This document shows, in pieces, positions 11,876 through 21,875 of a stretch of DNA of 64,000 nt; position 1 is the first letter of the stretch; the number at the start of each line of letters is the position of its first letter. Made by a program: the position numbers and the translations under genes. Source of the DNA: an uncultured Planctomycetaceae bacterium (lineage in GTDB: Bacteria; Planctomycetota; Planctomycetia; Pirellulales; PALSA-1355); contig CAWAUV010000008.1 of NCBI GenBank assembly GCA_963785305.1, forward strand, positions 512,001 through 576,000, given 5' to 3'. The notes below the pieces were generated by a model. The model searched no databases, had not been told where the DNA came from, and saw only the letters and a list, made by a program, of their open reading frames with translations.

Positions 11876-12688
11876 TCACGGGCTTGGCCGCCGTGGTTCC
11901 GGCATTGCGCCCATGGCCCCAAGCATGCCGCGACCCTGGGCCGCATAGGCCCGGGCCTGCTGAGCCACGCGCTGGGCCTGATGCATCGCCACGGCGGCCG
12001 GCAGCTTTTGCAAGCCGCCGCTCTTGCCATCGTTGAGCGCTTTACTTTCGGCCAGCAGGGCCGCCCGCGCCTCGGAAGAAGCGGCCAGCCAGTGTTCGTC
12101 ATGCGTGAGCGCTTCCATTCGCTTGCCGCTAAACTGCTTGCGGGCCACCTCATACATCGTCAGCGCGTGTTGATAGTCGTCGTCGGCCGAAAGGTACTTT
12201 TCGCGAATCTTGGGCATCTTGGCGGCCCGATCGGGAGCGCCGTCGAGCTTGGCGATTTCGGCCAGATATTCCGGCGACTTCAGCACCCGATTTTGCTCCG
12301 TTTGCATGGTCGCGCGCATCGATTCGTATTTGTCCTTGCTGATCACGATTTCCGAATCCGTGCCGGCGGCGTCGAGGATGTCGCGCTCGGCGCTGGCCAT
12401 GTCGGAAGTGGCTTTCTTGCCATCGGAATGGGCATCGGCAATCGCCTGGCGATCGCTCGAAAGCCGCGTGTTGGCCGCGTCGACCTTGACTTTGTTCGCG
12501 GCGACGACCGCGTCGGCCTGTCGAGCAATGGCGTCGAACTGAGCGACTTGTCCGCGGATCGCGCTGATCGATCTGGCCCGCGCCGCGCCGCTCGAATAGT
12601 GATGATGCCGAGCCTGGGCCATGAAGGGCCAACCCGAGATCAGCACCAAAGCCAACGACAGGCTTGCCACCGCCGTGCGAGACACCAT
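11876..12688 (-). CDS. Secreted helical/coiled-coil hypothetical protein, paralog 2
   Basis: Signal peptide ..AQA-RHHHY; shares SPEYLAEI, YQHALTM, ALTHDEHWLAAS, KSGGLQKLPAAV with paralog 1. Confidence 0.75.
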   Translation of the reverse strand: MVSRTAVASLSLALVLISGWPFMAQARHHHYSSGAARARSISAIRGQVAQFDAIARQADAVVAANKVKVDAANTRLSSDRQAIADAHSDGKKATSDMASAERDILDAAGTDSEIVISKDKYESMRATMQTEQNRVLKSPEYLAEIAKLDGAPDRAAKMPKIREKYLSADDDYQHALTMYEVARKQFSGKRMEALTHDEHWLAASSEARAALLAESKALNDGKSGGLQKLPAAVAMHQAQRVAQQARAYAAQGRGMLGAMGAMPEPRRPSP

Positions 12689-12808
12689 GGATTCATTCCC
12701 CATAAATTTCCGCCGAATGCGCTCCCGCCTGGGCCCATTCCCTCGGAGCGCATCCTTGATTGTCGAGCAACCCGCGAATTTTGTCTAGGGAATTCTTGCC
12801 GGTTGATG

Positions 12809-14317
12809 TTACGTTTTCTTTAGTTTCGCGAGCGGCGGTCGGGTTTTCCCCGTGGACGAGGCGCCTTGGTCGGACTTCGTGGCCGGCTTGGCGTCGTGTT
12901 TCTCGTTGGGGCGAAGTTTGAGGGTAACGGCGCCTTTGTTATCGGCCAGTTTGTTCCAAGCTTTGCTCGCCCGGACATAAAGCTGACCCTCGGCGGCCAG
13001 TGACAACGTGCCGGAAACCCCGAGATCAAACGGCTCGCCCAAGGAAAAGTCGTTGAAGAGCACACCCAGCAGCCGGCCATCGCCGCGAGCGTCGCCATCG
13101 GCCGAGAGTTCGGGCCCGGCGGGATCGACCTGCCAAGCGCCGGTGGTTGAGAACTCGTAGGTCCGGCCGGCCTTGAGCGTCGCGCCGGTGGGCTGCCAAC
13201 CGCGCCGCGCCTCGACTTTCACTTGAACGGCGGCATCGGTGAGCGGCTTGAATTTTTTCTTCCAGTCCCAACTCGTCAGGTCGACACGGTAGCCTTGGTC
13301 CACGTGGCCGACGAAGAACCGATATTCGAAATCGACCTGCTTGGCCACGGCGCCATAGGTGTCTTCGAAGCTCACGTCTTGTTCGGTGAGAAAGCCGAGC
13401 CCCAGCGGTCGAAAACGGCTCGCGTAATTGGGATTGTTGGCCAGCATGTGACACAGAGCCCAGCGCCAAGCGTAGTTCCGCCAGGAGTCGGTCGCCATGT
13501 TGAGCGCGCTGTTCGTGTTGACGATCTCGTCGAGCGATTGCGGCTCGGCGTGTCGCAGATAGTCGAGCACATGCGGATCGATCTTCACGCTCGTGTCGTC
13601 AGGCTGCCAGAAGTGGCCCATCTCGGCCATGCCTTCGGCATACCAGAGCGGGCCGCCGGCGCCGAAGGTTTGTCCGCAATAGGCGTGGACCGATTCGTGC
13701 TGGGCCACGCCGTCGCGCGCCACGGCATAGACCGTGGCTCGGGCCTCGACCTTTTGGCCGCCCAGTGTGCGGGTGGCGGTGAGTGTGATACCGCCGCCGG
13801 AGCGAATCTTCTCCAGCCCGGCCGGATGCAGAGAACCGGCCGGCCAGTGGTTCAAATCCGCGACCACAAAGCACTCGATCACGCCGGCCGGCGGGCGACC
13901 CCAGTAGCGGGCGATCAGGCCTTGAATCGTTTCAAGCCGCGCGAGCAGCCGCTTGGCGTCTTTCGGGGCCATATCGCTGTGCAGGAGAAAATGCGCGGAG
14001 TGATAATCCGCCGGCGCCGGAAGCGATTCGCCGGGCTCTTCCGGCGGATCGTCGGCCGCGGGCGCGTTGGCCGGCCGCGGCCGCGGGGAATGCGCCGGTC
14101 GCGGCGCCGGTGGCCGCGCATGGGCGACCGAGCCAAGGCCGATCGACATGGCTCTCGGCTTTTCAAGCGAATTCGCGCGCGGGCCGACAGGCGCCACATC
14201 CAAATAGCAGGTCGCCATGATCGCCAGCAACATCGCGAGCGGCGGCGAAAGCGAACGCCGCGCGGCCCACCCACGGAGCCTCGCGAAAGAAACTCGAAGC
14301 GAGAAGTTGCGTTTCAT
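12809..14317 (-). CDS. DUF1570-like gluzincin metallopeptidase with C-terminal beta-sandwich (lectin-like) domain; start uncertain
   Basis: QHESVHAY...PLWYAEGMAE motif; C-terminal VEARRGWQPTG..GAW..DNKG pattern. Confidence 0.6.
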   Translation of the reverse strand: MKRNFSLRVSFARLRGWAARRSLSPPLAMLLAIMATCYLDVAPVGPRANSLEKPRAMSIGLGSVAHARPPAPRPAHSPRPRPANAPAADDPPEEPGESLPAPADYHSAHFLLHSDMAPKDAKRLLARLETIQGLIARYWGRPPAGVIECFVVADLNHWPAGSLHPAGLEKIRSGGGITLTATRTLGGQKVEARATVYAVARDGVAQHESVHAYCGQTFGAGGPLWYAEGMAEMGHFWQPDDTSVKIDPHVLDYLRHAEPQSLDEIVNTNSALNMATDSWRNYAWRWALCHMLANNPNYASRFRPLGLGFLTEQDVSFEDTYGAVAKQVDFEYRFFVGHVDQGYRVDLTSWDWKKKFKPLTDAAVQVKVEARRGWQPTGATLKAGRTYEFSTTGAWQVDPAGPELSADGDARGDGRLLGVLFNDFSLGEPFDLGVSGTLSLAAEGQLYVRASKAWNKLADNKGAVTLKLRPNEKHDAKPATKSDQGASSTGKTRPPLAKLKKT

Positions 14318-14774
14318 GACGCGCTCGCGCGAGGAGTCCGGTCGAAAGCGTGATAAAAAAAGCGTGATCCAAGCGTAATCCCTATCGCGACGCCCCAGGC
14401 AGCGTGGTTCAATCCATCCTACAGGCGGCCGCGGCGAGAAAAAAGACGATCGTTAGCCTATTAAACATCCAAACCGCGTTTCTCGCCGCGATTCGAGCGC
14501 GGCGCTTGCAACCGGAGCGAGGCGATTGCAGCGGAGTTTGCCGGCGATTGCAAGACAGTCACCCATTTGCGGCGTGGCCATCGTCGCCCGGATCGCCGCG
14601 CCGCCCTGGGTGATTGCCGCCGTTGGTGAGTGTCTGGAAATGGCCGTGGCACACGATAATCACCCACGACTCAATCGCCGGATTGCTTTGCATTGCGCTT
14701 GGCTGGCGCCGTATATTGATCGGTTGTCGCCGCCTCGCGAACAATCGATCCATTCATTTAACGAAAGCCTCGCC

Positions 14775-15872
14775 ATGATTCATTCTGCTTCCTTGCCGTC
14801 GGTTCGACGCGCGGCGCGGTTCGGGTTTCAATCGGTCGGGTTCGGAGCCCTGTTCGTCGGCGCGGTCGTTTCGGCCGCGATCGGTTCGGTCGCCGCCGCG
14901 AGCGCCGCCGAAAGCGCCGCCGGGACGCCGGAGTTTCCGCAAGAACCCGAGAACTGGATCAATAGCGGACCGATCAGTGTCGGCTCGCTCAAGGGCAAGG
15001 CGGCGTTTCTCTGGTTCTTCGAGGAAGGCTGCCCCACCTGCAAGGCCAAGTGGCCGGGACTGTTGGCCACGGCGGCGAAGTTCGAGGGCCAGCCGGTGCT
15101 GTTTATCGGCGTGAACTCGGGCAGTTCGCGTGAAGAGGTCGCCGAATACGCGCAAGACGTCGGATGCTCCTGGCCGATCATTGTCGACAGCACGCGGCTC
15201 TATGAAAAGCAAGTGCTCGATCATGAGATCAGTTTGAGCAATATCATGCAGGCCCGGGTGATTCGCGCCGACGGCGGCCTCGAGCACGGCGACTGGAGCA
15301 ATGTCGAGAAGACGATTCAGAGCGCGCTCAAGGGCGCCAAGTGGAAGGTCGATCCGGTGGGCGTGCCCGACTCGCTGCGGCCGGCGTGGCAGAGCATCGA
15401 GTTTGGCGACTATCCCGCGGCGGCGAGCCCGGTGAAAAAGGCGCTGCTCTCGAAGAAGCCCGACATCAAGAGCGCGGCGGAAAAGCTCAAGGCGGTGGTG
15501 CAGTCGGACATCGACATCGAACTGGCGTCGGCCAAAAAGGCGCTTGCCGCGGATCAGAAGTGGCAAGCCTATCAAACCTATCAAGCGCTGGCCCAGGACT
15601 TCGCCGGCTACGACCTCCCGCCCGACGCCGCGGAAGCCAAGAAGAAGCTGGCGGCCGATCCGGCGATCAAGCAGGAGATTCTGGCCGGGCAAAGTCTCGA
15701 CAAAGCGAAGAAGATCATGGCGAGCGGCAAGCCGAATTCGCACAAGAAGGTGGTGATTCTGCTGGAAAAGCTGGTAAAGGACCAAACCGACACGACCGCC
15801 GGCAAGGAGGCGAAAACCCTGCTCCAGCAATTCGAACGTGAATCCGGCGCCGCGAGCGACGCGAAAAATTAG
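14775..15872 (+). CDS. Exported redoxin/TlpA-like thioredoxin-fold protein with helical C-terminus
   Basis: WFFEEGCPTC CxxC motif, WINSGP, FIGVNSG; signal-like N-terminus. Confidence 0.75.
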   Translation: MIHSASLPSVRRAARFGFQSVGFGALFVGAVVSAAIGSVAAASAAESAAGTPEFPQEPENWINSGPISVGSLKGKAAFLWFFEEGCPTCKAKWPGLLATAAKFEGQPVLFIGVNSGSSREEVAEYAQDVGCSWPIIVDSTRLYEKQVLDHEISLSNIMQARVIRADGGLEHGDWSNVEKTIQSALKGAKWKVDPVGVPDSLRPAWQSIEFGDYPAAASPVKKALLSKKPDIKSAAEKLKAVVQSDIDIELASAKKALAADQKWQAYQTYQALAQDFAGYDLPPDAAEAKKKLAADPAIKQEILAGQSLDKAKKIMASGKPNSHKKVVILLEKLVKDQTDTTAGKEAKTLLQQFERESGAASDAKN

Positions 15873-16019
15873 CAACCTGTCAAAATATTTGACAGGCGCA
15901 TATCCAGGGCGGACACGGTTTCGTGTTCTTCGGATCTCGAGAACGTATCGAGAATGAAGGCTCTTTCGTTTCGAAGTTCAAGCGACGCCCAGGCGTATCG
16001 TGTTGGGCGGATCACGGAA

Positions 16020-16080
16020 GCCCTCGCTGACACATCGGGTTGGGAAGAAAACGCCACCCGATCACAACCCGACGCGTGAC
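16020..16080. repeat. REP family C (ACCCGACGCGTCAGCGAGG), degenerate inverted pair
   Basis: Other copies at 19157-19223, about 28520-28540 and 29023-29044. Confidence 0.55.
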
Positions 16081-16233
16081 GGCTTGTTGATTTAGTCGCT
16101 TGAGATGGCGCGAGGGCCTGCTGCCCAAAACGAACTTTTTCGTCGAGCAACGCGCATCGAAACGGCACAACAAGAACGATTGACGCCAACATTTTGCCAA
16201 CTCGAAACTTTTCGTTCGAAACTTAATCCGTTC

Positions 16234-18075
16234 CTATGCCGCATTGGGGGCCTGGGGCGTCGGTGGCTCGAGTAGCGGGAGGTGAATCGTGAAGGTGCTG
16301 CCGGCGCCGAGCGTGCTTTTCACGGTCACGCGCCCGCCGTTGGCTTGCACGATGTGTTTCACGATCGCCAGGCCCAGCCCGGTGCCGCCCAGTTTGCGGC
16401 TGCGGGCCTTGTCGACGCGATAGAATCGCTCGAATACCCGCGAGAGATGCTTCGTGGCGATGCCCACTCCCCGGTCGCTTACCGTGATGGTCACCTCCTG
16501 GTCCGAACGGCTGCCGAGCACTTGCACCTCGCCGCCGGGCTCGCTGTATTTGATCGCGTTGTCGAGGAGATTGACGACCGCCTGTTCGAGCAACTGACTG
16601 TTGATATTGGCGCTCACGTTTTCGTCGCAAGCCGATTGCACCGTGATCCGCCGCTCGACGGCCTTGGCCTGACAATAGCCGACCGCGGCCTCGATCACCT
16701 CGCGAATCGAGCCGGGCGCCAGTTCGATGTGCGCTTCGTCCTCGCCTTGCTCGATCTTCGAGAGGCTGAGCAGATCGTCGATGATCGCGCTCAACCGATC
16801 GGCCTGCTTGGCCACGATCGTGAGAAAGCGCTCCGCGTCTTCCGGCTCGCGCATCGCGCCGTCGAGCAAGGTTTCGACAAAGCCCTTGATCGAAGTGACC
16901 GGCGTGCGCAGTTCATGCGAAACATTGGCCACGAAATCGCGGCGAATATGCTCCAAGCGGCGGAAGTCGGTGACATCGTTGAGCACGATCACGGCGCCGA
17001 TGGCCCGATTGGCGGCGTCGTGCAGCGCGGCGCCGCGGGCTTGCAGCACTCCCTCGTAGTCGCCATGCAGGGTGAGATCGTCGTCGATCGGTTCGCTGCT
17101 CGCCAGGGCGCGGGAAATAAAGCGGCGCAGGTCGGCGTGGCGCACCGCTTCCTGGAGCGAGCGGCCTTGGGCCGACGCTTGGTCGATGCCCAAAAGCTGC
17201 GTGGCGGCTTTGTTGAGGCTGATGATCCGCTCGTGGTTGTCGACCGCCAGCACGCCCTCGACCATGCTGCCGAGCACGGCCCGTTGCTCGTTGTTTTGCC
17301 GCACGATCGTGTCGATGCGCTCATGCAGCTGCGTGGCCATTTCGTTGAGCGATTGGGCCAAGCCGGCCAGCTCGCGCGATTCGTCGGGCCGCAGCTTGTA
17401 GTTCAACTCGCCGCGGGCAAAGCGTTCGGCGGCGCGGCGCATCTCCTCGAGCGGCCGGCTGATCCGGCGAGCCAAAAGCACGCTGGCCAAGGTGGCCGCG
17501 GCGGCGGCGGCCAAGCAAACGAGGACAATTCGAGCGCGGGCCGTGACGAGCGAAGGCGAGGCGCCCGCGGCGCGGAGCGAGGCCTCGACCACGCCCACCA
17601 CATTGTCGCCGCGCCGCACCGGCAGGGCCACGAGCCAGATCTCGCGATCGCTCGCCGGCTCGTGTCGCGCGCCGCGCGCGGCTTGGCCGGCAAGCGCTCG
17701 AATAAACTCGGGCCGATCGCCCTGCGGTTCCGCGTCTCGCGCCGCGCGGTCGCTATCCCAGGTCACGCGGCCATCGGGCGCGAGCAGTGTGTACCGGGCC
17801 CCCGCGGCTCGCGACCATTCGACGCCGCTTGCCAGCAAGTTCGCGGGAGGCTCGAAGGTCGAGGCGTCGGCGGGGGCCAACGTGGATGCGGTCTTGGGCG
17901 AGCTTTCGAGCTCGTGGCGCAAGAATCGGGCGCTGGCTTCGAGCTCGCTCCAGCGGGACTCGCGCGCGAACTCATCGCACTCGTGAACAGCCCACCAGCC
18001 CGTGATGCCCACGGCGAACAACGTCGGCGCCAGATACGACGGAAATAATCGCCAGAGTAGGCGGCGCTTAGGCAT
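16234..18075 (-). CDS. phoR: Phosphate-regulon-type sensor histidine kinase (HAMP, PAS, HisKA, HATPase)
   Basis: RRDFVANVSHELRTPVTSIKGFVETL, NLLDNAIKYS, FERFYRVDKARSRKLGGTGLGL; coupled to the upstream regulator. Confidence 0.85.
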   Translation of the reverse strand: MPKRRLLWRLFPSYLAPTLFAVGITGWWAVHECDEFARESRWSELEASARFLRHELESSPKTASTLAPADASTFEPPANLLASGVEWSRAAGARYTLLAPDGRVTWDSDRAARDAEPQGDRPEFIRALAGQAARGARHEPASDREIWLVALPVRRGDNVVGVVEASLRAAGASPSLVTARARIVLVCLAAAAAATLASVLLARRISRPLEEMRRAAERFARGELNYKLRPDESRELAGLAQSLNEMATQLHERIDTIVRQNNEQRAVLGSMVEGVLAVDNHERIISLNKAATQLLGIDQASAQGRSLQEAVRHADLRRFISRALASSEPIDDDLTLHGDYEGVLQARGAALHDAANRAIGAVIVLNDVTDFRRLEHIRRDFVANVSHELRTPVTSIKGFVETLLDGAMREPEDAERFLTIVAKQADRLSAIIDDLLSLSKIEQGEDEAHIELAPGSIREVIEAAVGYCQAKAVERRITVQSACDENVSANINSQLLEQAVVNLLDNAIKYSEPGGEVQVLGSRSDQEVTITVSDRGVGIATKHLSRVFERFYRVDKARSRKLGGTGLGLAIVKHIVQANGGRVTVKSTLGAGSTFTIHLPLLEPPTPQAPNAA

Positions 18076-18773
18076 CAGAAATCTTTGAAACGATATCCCA
18101 CGCCGCGGACGGTTTCAATGTAATTGCCTACCGCCCCCAGCTTCTTGCGAAGGCCCACCACTTGAACGTCGACACTACGTTCCGTTACAGGATAGTCTTC
18201 GCCCTTCACGGCGTCCACGATCTGAGCCCGAGAAAACGCCCAGCCCGGCTTGCGGGCCAAGAAGCTCAATAGGCGAAACTCGGTGAATGTGAGGTCGAGC
18301 GGCTTTCCCTCGAGCAGCACTTCATGGCGACCCGGATGAATCAGCAGATTACGGATTCGGATCGCCCCTTCCTCGTCTTCCCGCGGCTCGGCGGATTTGT
18401 CCTTGCGGCGGAGCACCGCGCGAATTCGCGCCAGCAACACGCGCGGGCTAAACGGCTTGGGGAGGTAGTCGTCGGCGCCGAGCTCGAGGCCGGTCACCAC
18501 ATCGGCCTCTTCGCTCTTGGCAGTGACCATGATAATGGGAATATGCTTGGTGCGCGGATCGCCCTTGAGGGTCTTGCACACATCGAGCCCATCGACGCTC
18601 GGCAACAAGAGATCGAGCAGCACCAAGTCGGGCTGCACCTGTCGGGCTTCGTGAATCGCGTCTTCGCCCGACGCCACGCACACCACCTTGTAGCCTTCCT
18701 TGCCCAGGTTGTAGCGAATCAGCTCAAGCAGGTCTTCTTCGTCGTCCACGACCAAGATCGTAGCATTTGTCAT
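18075..18773 (-). CDS. phoB: OmpR/PhoB-family response regulator
   Basis: ILVVDDE, DLLLP, GADDYLPKPFSPR, IETVRGVGYRF. Confidence 0.8.
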   Translation of the reverse strand: MTNATILVVDDEEDLLELIRYNLGKEGYKVVCVASGEDAIHEARQVQPDLVLLDLLLPSVDGLDVCKTLKGDPRTKHIPIIMVTAKSEEADVVTGLELGADDYLPKPFSPRVLLARIRAVLRRKDKSAEPREDEEGAIRIRNLLIHPGRHEVLLEGKPLDLTFTEFRLLSFLARKPGWAFSRAQIVDAVKGEDYPVTERSVDVQVVGLRKKLGAVGNYIETVRGVGYRFKDF

Positions 18774-19156
18774 ATCCGAGATTTCTCGCGCAAGGGACCA
18801 ATCCGAGGGAGCGCCAAATCGGCTCAGGCTCGAGCGATCCACCTGGGGGCCCCGCGAGGTCTGGAGTGCTTCATGGCTCATGTTATTCAAAGTGCCTCAG
18901 GGTTAGATGGCTCGGCGGCCGACCCGGACAGTGCGTCGGCTGGGCCTCAGTGTATCCCGGCGATGTTAGAATTCGATGTGCGCGAAACGCTGAAATGCTA
19001 GCATCTTGACTGCAAGCACGACTGGCAAGCACGGCGGCGAAAAGTACTTTTTCGTGTCGCCCGAACGGGCACGGGGCCCAGACACGAAAAGCCGGGCACT
19101 TCCGGTTCTGTATGCGGAGCGCACGGCAACGCATTGCGCCGGGCTGTTCGCGGAAT

Positions 19157-19223
19157 CCCTCGCGGACGCGTCGGGTTGCGACGGCGGCGCCCTCGCGATC
19201 CCAACCCGACGCGTCAGCGAGGG
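19157..19223. repeat. REP family C inverted pair
   Basis: CCCTCGCGGACGCGTCGGGTTG ... CAACCCGACGCGTCAGCGAGGG. Confidence 0.75.
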
Positions 19224-19536
19224 CAGGCCGAGGCGCAAAAAAAGCCGAAATCAGCGCGGGACGTCACGCTCCGCGGATGATTTCGGCTCGATGTGTCGTT
19301 GACCGAATTTCACTTCGGGCGACGCGTTTTTTCGCGGGCCACGTTTTTCAGCGGCGCCGCGTCCAATAGGGGGAGCACACACGCCATCGCGCGTGGCTTG
19401 ACCGCCTTGCTGGACCGGCAAAGTTCCATCGGCCGCTCAACGGGCAATCGCTCGAGGGCAGTTCGAGTGCAATTGCTCGCCACATTGCGACGATTTGTCT
19501 TGGAAGCCGGTCTTTGAAACAACAAGACCCAGCCGA

Positions 19537-19749
19537 TCAGGCCGGCGCCACCGAGGCGGCGCGAGGCCCTTTGCCCTTCGCGCTTTGCGCTTGCTCGATC
19601 GTGTATTCCACCTGTTGTCCTTCGGTCAGATCGTCGAAGCCTTGATTGGCCACGATCGAATGATGGAAAAACACGTCCTCGCCTCGCTCGGTTTGGATGA
19701 AGCCGAAGCCCTTTTCTTGCACCAATTTCTTAATTTTGCCGACCGCCAT
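19537..19749 (-). CDS. Cold-shock domain protein (70 aa)
   Basis: KGFGFI (RNP1) and DVFFHHS (RNP2), KGPRA. Confidence 0.95.
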   Translation of the reverse strand: MAVGKIKKLVQEKGFGFIQTERGEDVFFHHSIVANQGFDDLTEGQQVEYTIEQAQSAKGKGPRAASVAPA

Positions 19750-20346
19750 ACGAACGAACTCCTCACGCATCTCGTGACAACGGAAAAAAAACGGAGCCCC
19801 CGAATCGCCTTGGCCCGAGTGTGCCTGGGCCGGCGCCGTGGCCCCGCCGCCGGGGTATCGAGACGATGGTAGCAGATGAAACGCTATCAATGAATAGGCA
19901 GATGTCGAAAATTTCCGAATTTTTGACTCCGGCGGCCCCCCGCTGGCGCATCCCGTGGCCGCGTGTCGCATTTTGCCATGCGACTTCGCTTGCCGTGGCA
20001 GCTCGGCCTCGTGCGGCCGGCGCCCGTTCCGCGGAGGTTTCGGTGTTACCAGCAGCCTGTTGAAAGTTGCCATCGAGGCAGTTTTTAACTGGCTGCGAGG
20101 CCCGATTAAAAACTTGCAACCTGCCGGGGGCATCGCCTGTCGAACACCACCTTAAGAAGTTATGATGAGGTGCATTTCGTTTTCGGTCGACTCGCGGCGC
20201 CCTCGGGGGGGCGGGTCGTTGTTCGCGGCGGTCGCGCGCGGGTTCTTTTAGCGAGAGGGCGGCCGCGGCGAGCGGTTCGATGGGCGAGTTGTTCGATGGG
20301 CGGGCGCCGGCGCTCGCGGGTTTTGAAAACAGGCGGTTCGTTTTTC

Positions 20347-21813
20347 ATGCGAGTTCCCCAGGTCGTCATTGTCGGCCGGCCCAATGTGGGCAAATCGAGC
20401 ATCTTCAACTGGCTCGCCCAGCGGCGGCTGGCGATTGTCGACGACACCGAAGGCGTGACCCGAGACCGGCTCACCTACTTCATGTGTCACCGTAGCCGAT
20501 TTTTCGACTTGGTCGACACCGGCGGCATCGGCTTCGAAGATCCCGACAACCTGACCGCCAAAATCGACCTGCAAATCACCGCCGCCATCGAATCGGCCGA
20601 CGTGCTGCTCTTCGTCGTCGATACCCGGGCCGGGCTCACGCCGCTCGATCAAGAAGTCGCTCGGCGACTGCGCTACTCGGACACGCCCGTGATTCTGGTC
20701 GCCAACAAGGCCGATGAAGCTCATTTCGACCCCCAGGCCGATGAGTTCTATAAGCTCGGGCGCGGCAAGCTGATCTGCGTGAGCACATTGCAGAATCGCC
20801 ATCGGGCGGTGCTGATGGATATGATCGTGCAGCGCTTGCCGGCCGATCCCGACGCGGTCGAGGGCGCCGAGCCGGTCCCGCCGGCCGAACCGGTAATGAA
20901 AGTGGCGATCGTCGGCCGGCGCAATGTGGGCAAGAGCACGTTCGTCAACACGCTCGCCCAGGCCGAGCGCGTGATCGTGAGCGAAGTGCCGGGCACGACT
21001 CGCGACAGCGTCGATGTGCGTTTCGAGCTCGATGGCAAATCGTTCATGGCGATCGACACTCCCGGCCTCAAGCGGGCCAAGACCGCGTCGGACCTCGAGT
21101 TTTATTCGAGCCACCGGGCCCAGCGCAGCATTCGCCGGGCCGACGTGGTGCTGCTGTTTCTCGATCCCACGCAGCGCATGAGCAAGCTCGAAAAGCAGCT
21201 TTCGGAATATGTCGCCGAGAACTACAAGCCCTGTGTGTTCGTCGTGAACAAGTGGGACCTCATGGCCGGCACGATGCCCACCTCGAAATGGGTCAGCTAC
21301 CTGCACGATTCATTTCGCAGCATGCGCTATGTGCCGATCGCGTTTATCACCGGCCAAACCGGCAAGAATGTCAAGGCCCTGCTCAACCACGCGCAAATGC
21401 TCTTCAAGCAATCGCTGCTCCGGGCCACGACCGGCGAACTGAATCGCGTGGTCCGCGACGCGTTGGCGCAAAATCCCCCGCCGCTGCATGAAAACAAGCG
21501 GCCCAAAATCTACTACGCCACGCAGGTCGGCACCCAACCGCCCACGATCGTGATGTTTTGCAACGACCCGCAATCGCTCGACGCCACCTATCGCCGTTAT
21601 TTGTTGGGCGTGTTTCGGCAGCGGCTGGCGTTTACCGAAGTGCCGATCAAGCTCTACTTGCGTCGCCGCGAGCAGGGCGACCGCCGCGATGAAGTCGAGC
21701 CGCATGTGCCCGACGGGCATGCGCCCAAGAATACCTCGCCCGAGCCGCATGGCGCCGGTCGCGGCCCCGCGCCGCAAGAAGCTTCGGCGCCCGACCACGA
21801 GCAGAGCGTGTGA
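20347..21813 (+). CDS. der: Ribosome biogenesis GTPase Der (EngA)
   Basis: Two GTPase domains (GRPNVGKS, GRRNVGKS, DTGG/DTPG, NKAD/NKWD) plus KH-like C-terminus. Confidence 0.95.
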   Translation: MRVPQVVIVGRPNVGKSSIFNWLAQRRLAIVDDTEGVTRDRLTYFMCHRSRFFDLVDTGGIGFEDPDNLTAKIDLQITAAIESADVLLFVVDTRAGLTPLDQEVARRLRYSDTPVILVANKADEAHFDPQADEFYKLGRGKLICVSTLQNRHRAVLMDMIVQRLPADPDAVEGAEPVPPAEPVMKVAIVGRRNVGKSTFVNTLAQAERVIVSEVPGTTRDSVDVRFELDGKSFMAIDTPGLKRAKTASDLEFYSSHRAQRSIRRADVVLLFLDPTQRMSKLEKQLSEYVAENYKPCVFVVNKWDLMAGTMPTSKWVSYLHDSFRSMRYVPIAFITGQTGKNVKALLNHAQMLFKQSLLRATTGELNRVVRDALAQNPPPLHENKRPKIYYATQVGTQPPTIVMFCNDPQSLDATYRRYLLGVFRQRLAFTEVPIKLYLRRREQGDRRDEVEPHVPDGHAPKNTSPEPHGAGRGPAPQEASAPDHEQSV

Positions 21814-21875
21814 GGCGGCGCAATCGAGCAGGCTGCCTTCCTCGCGGCGAATTGGCGTCGGCCGGGAGTCGATCG

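Noticed and set aside
18890..19000. Pho box upstream of phoB
   Set aside because: Only a weak single half-site; no clear 11-bp direct repeat
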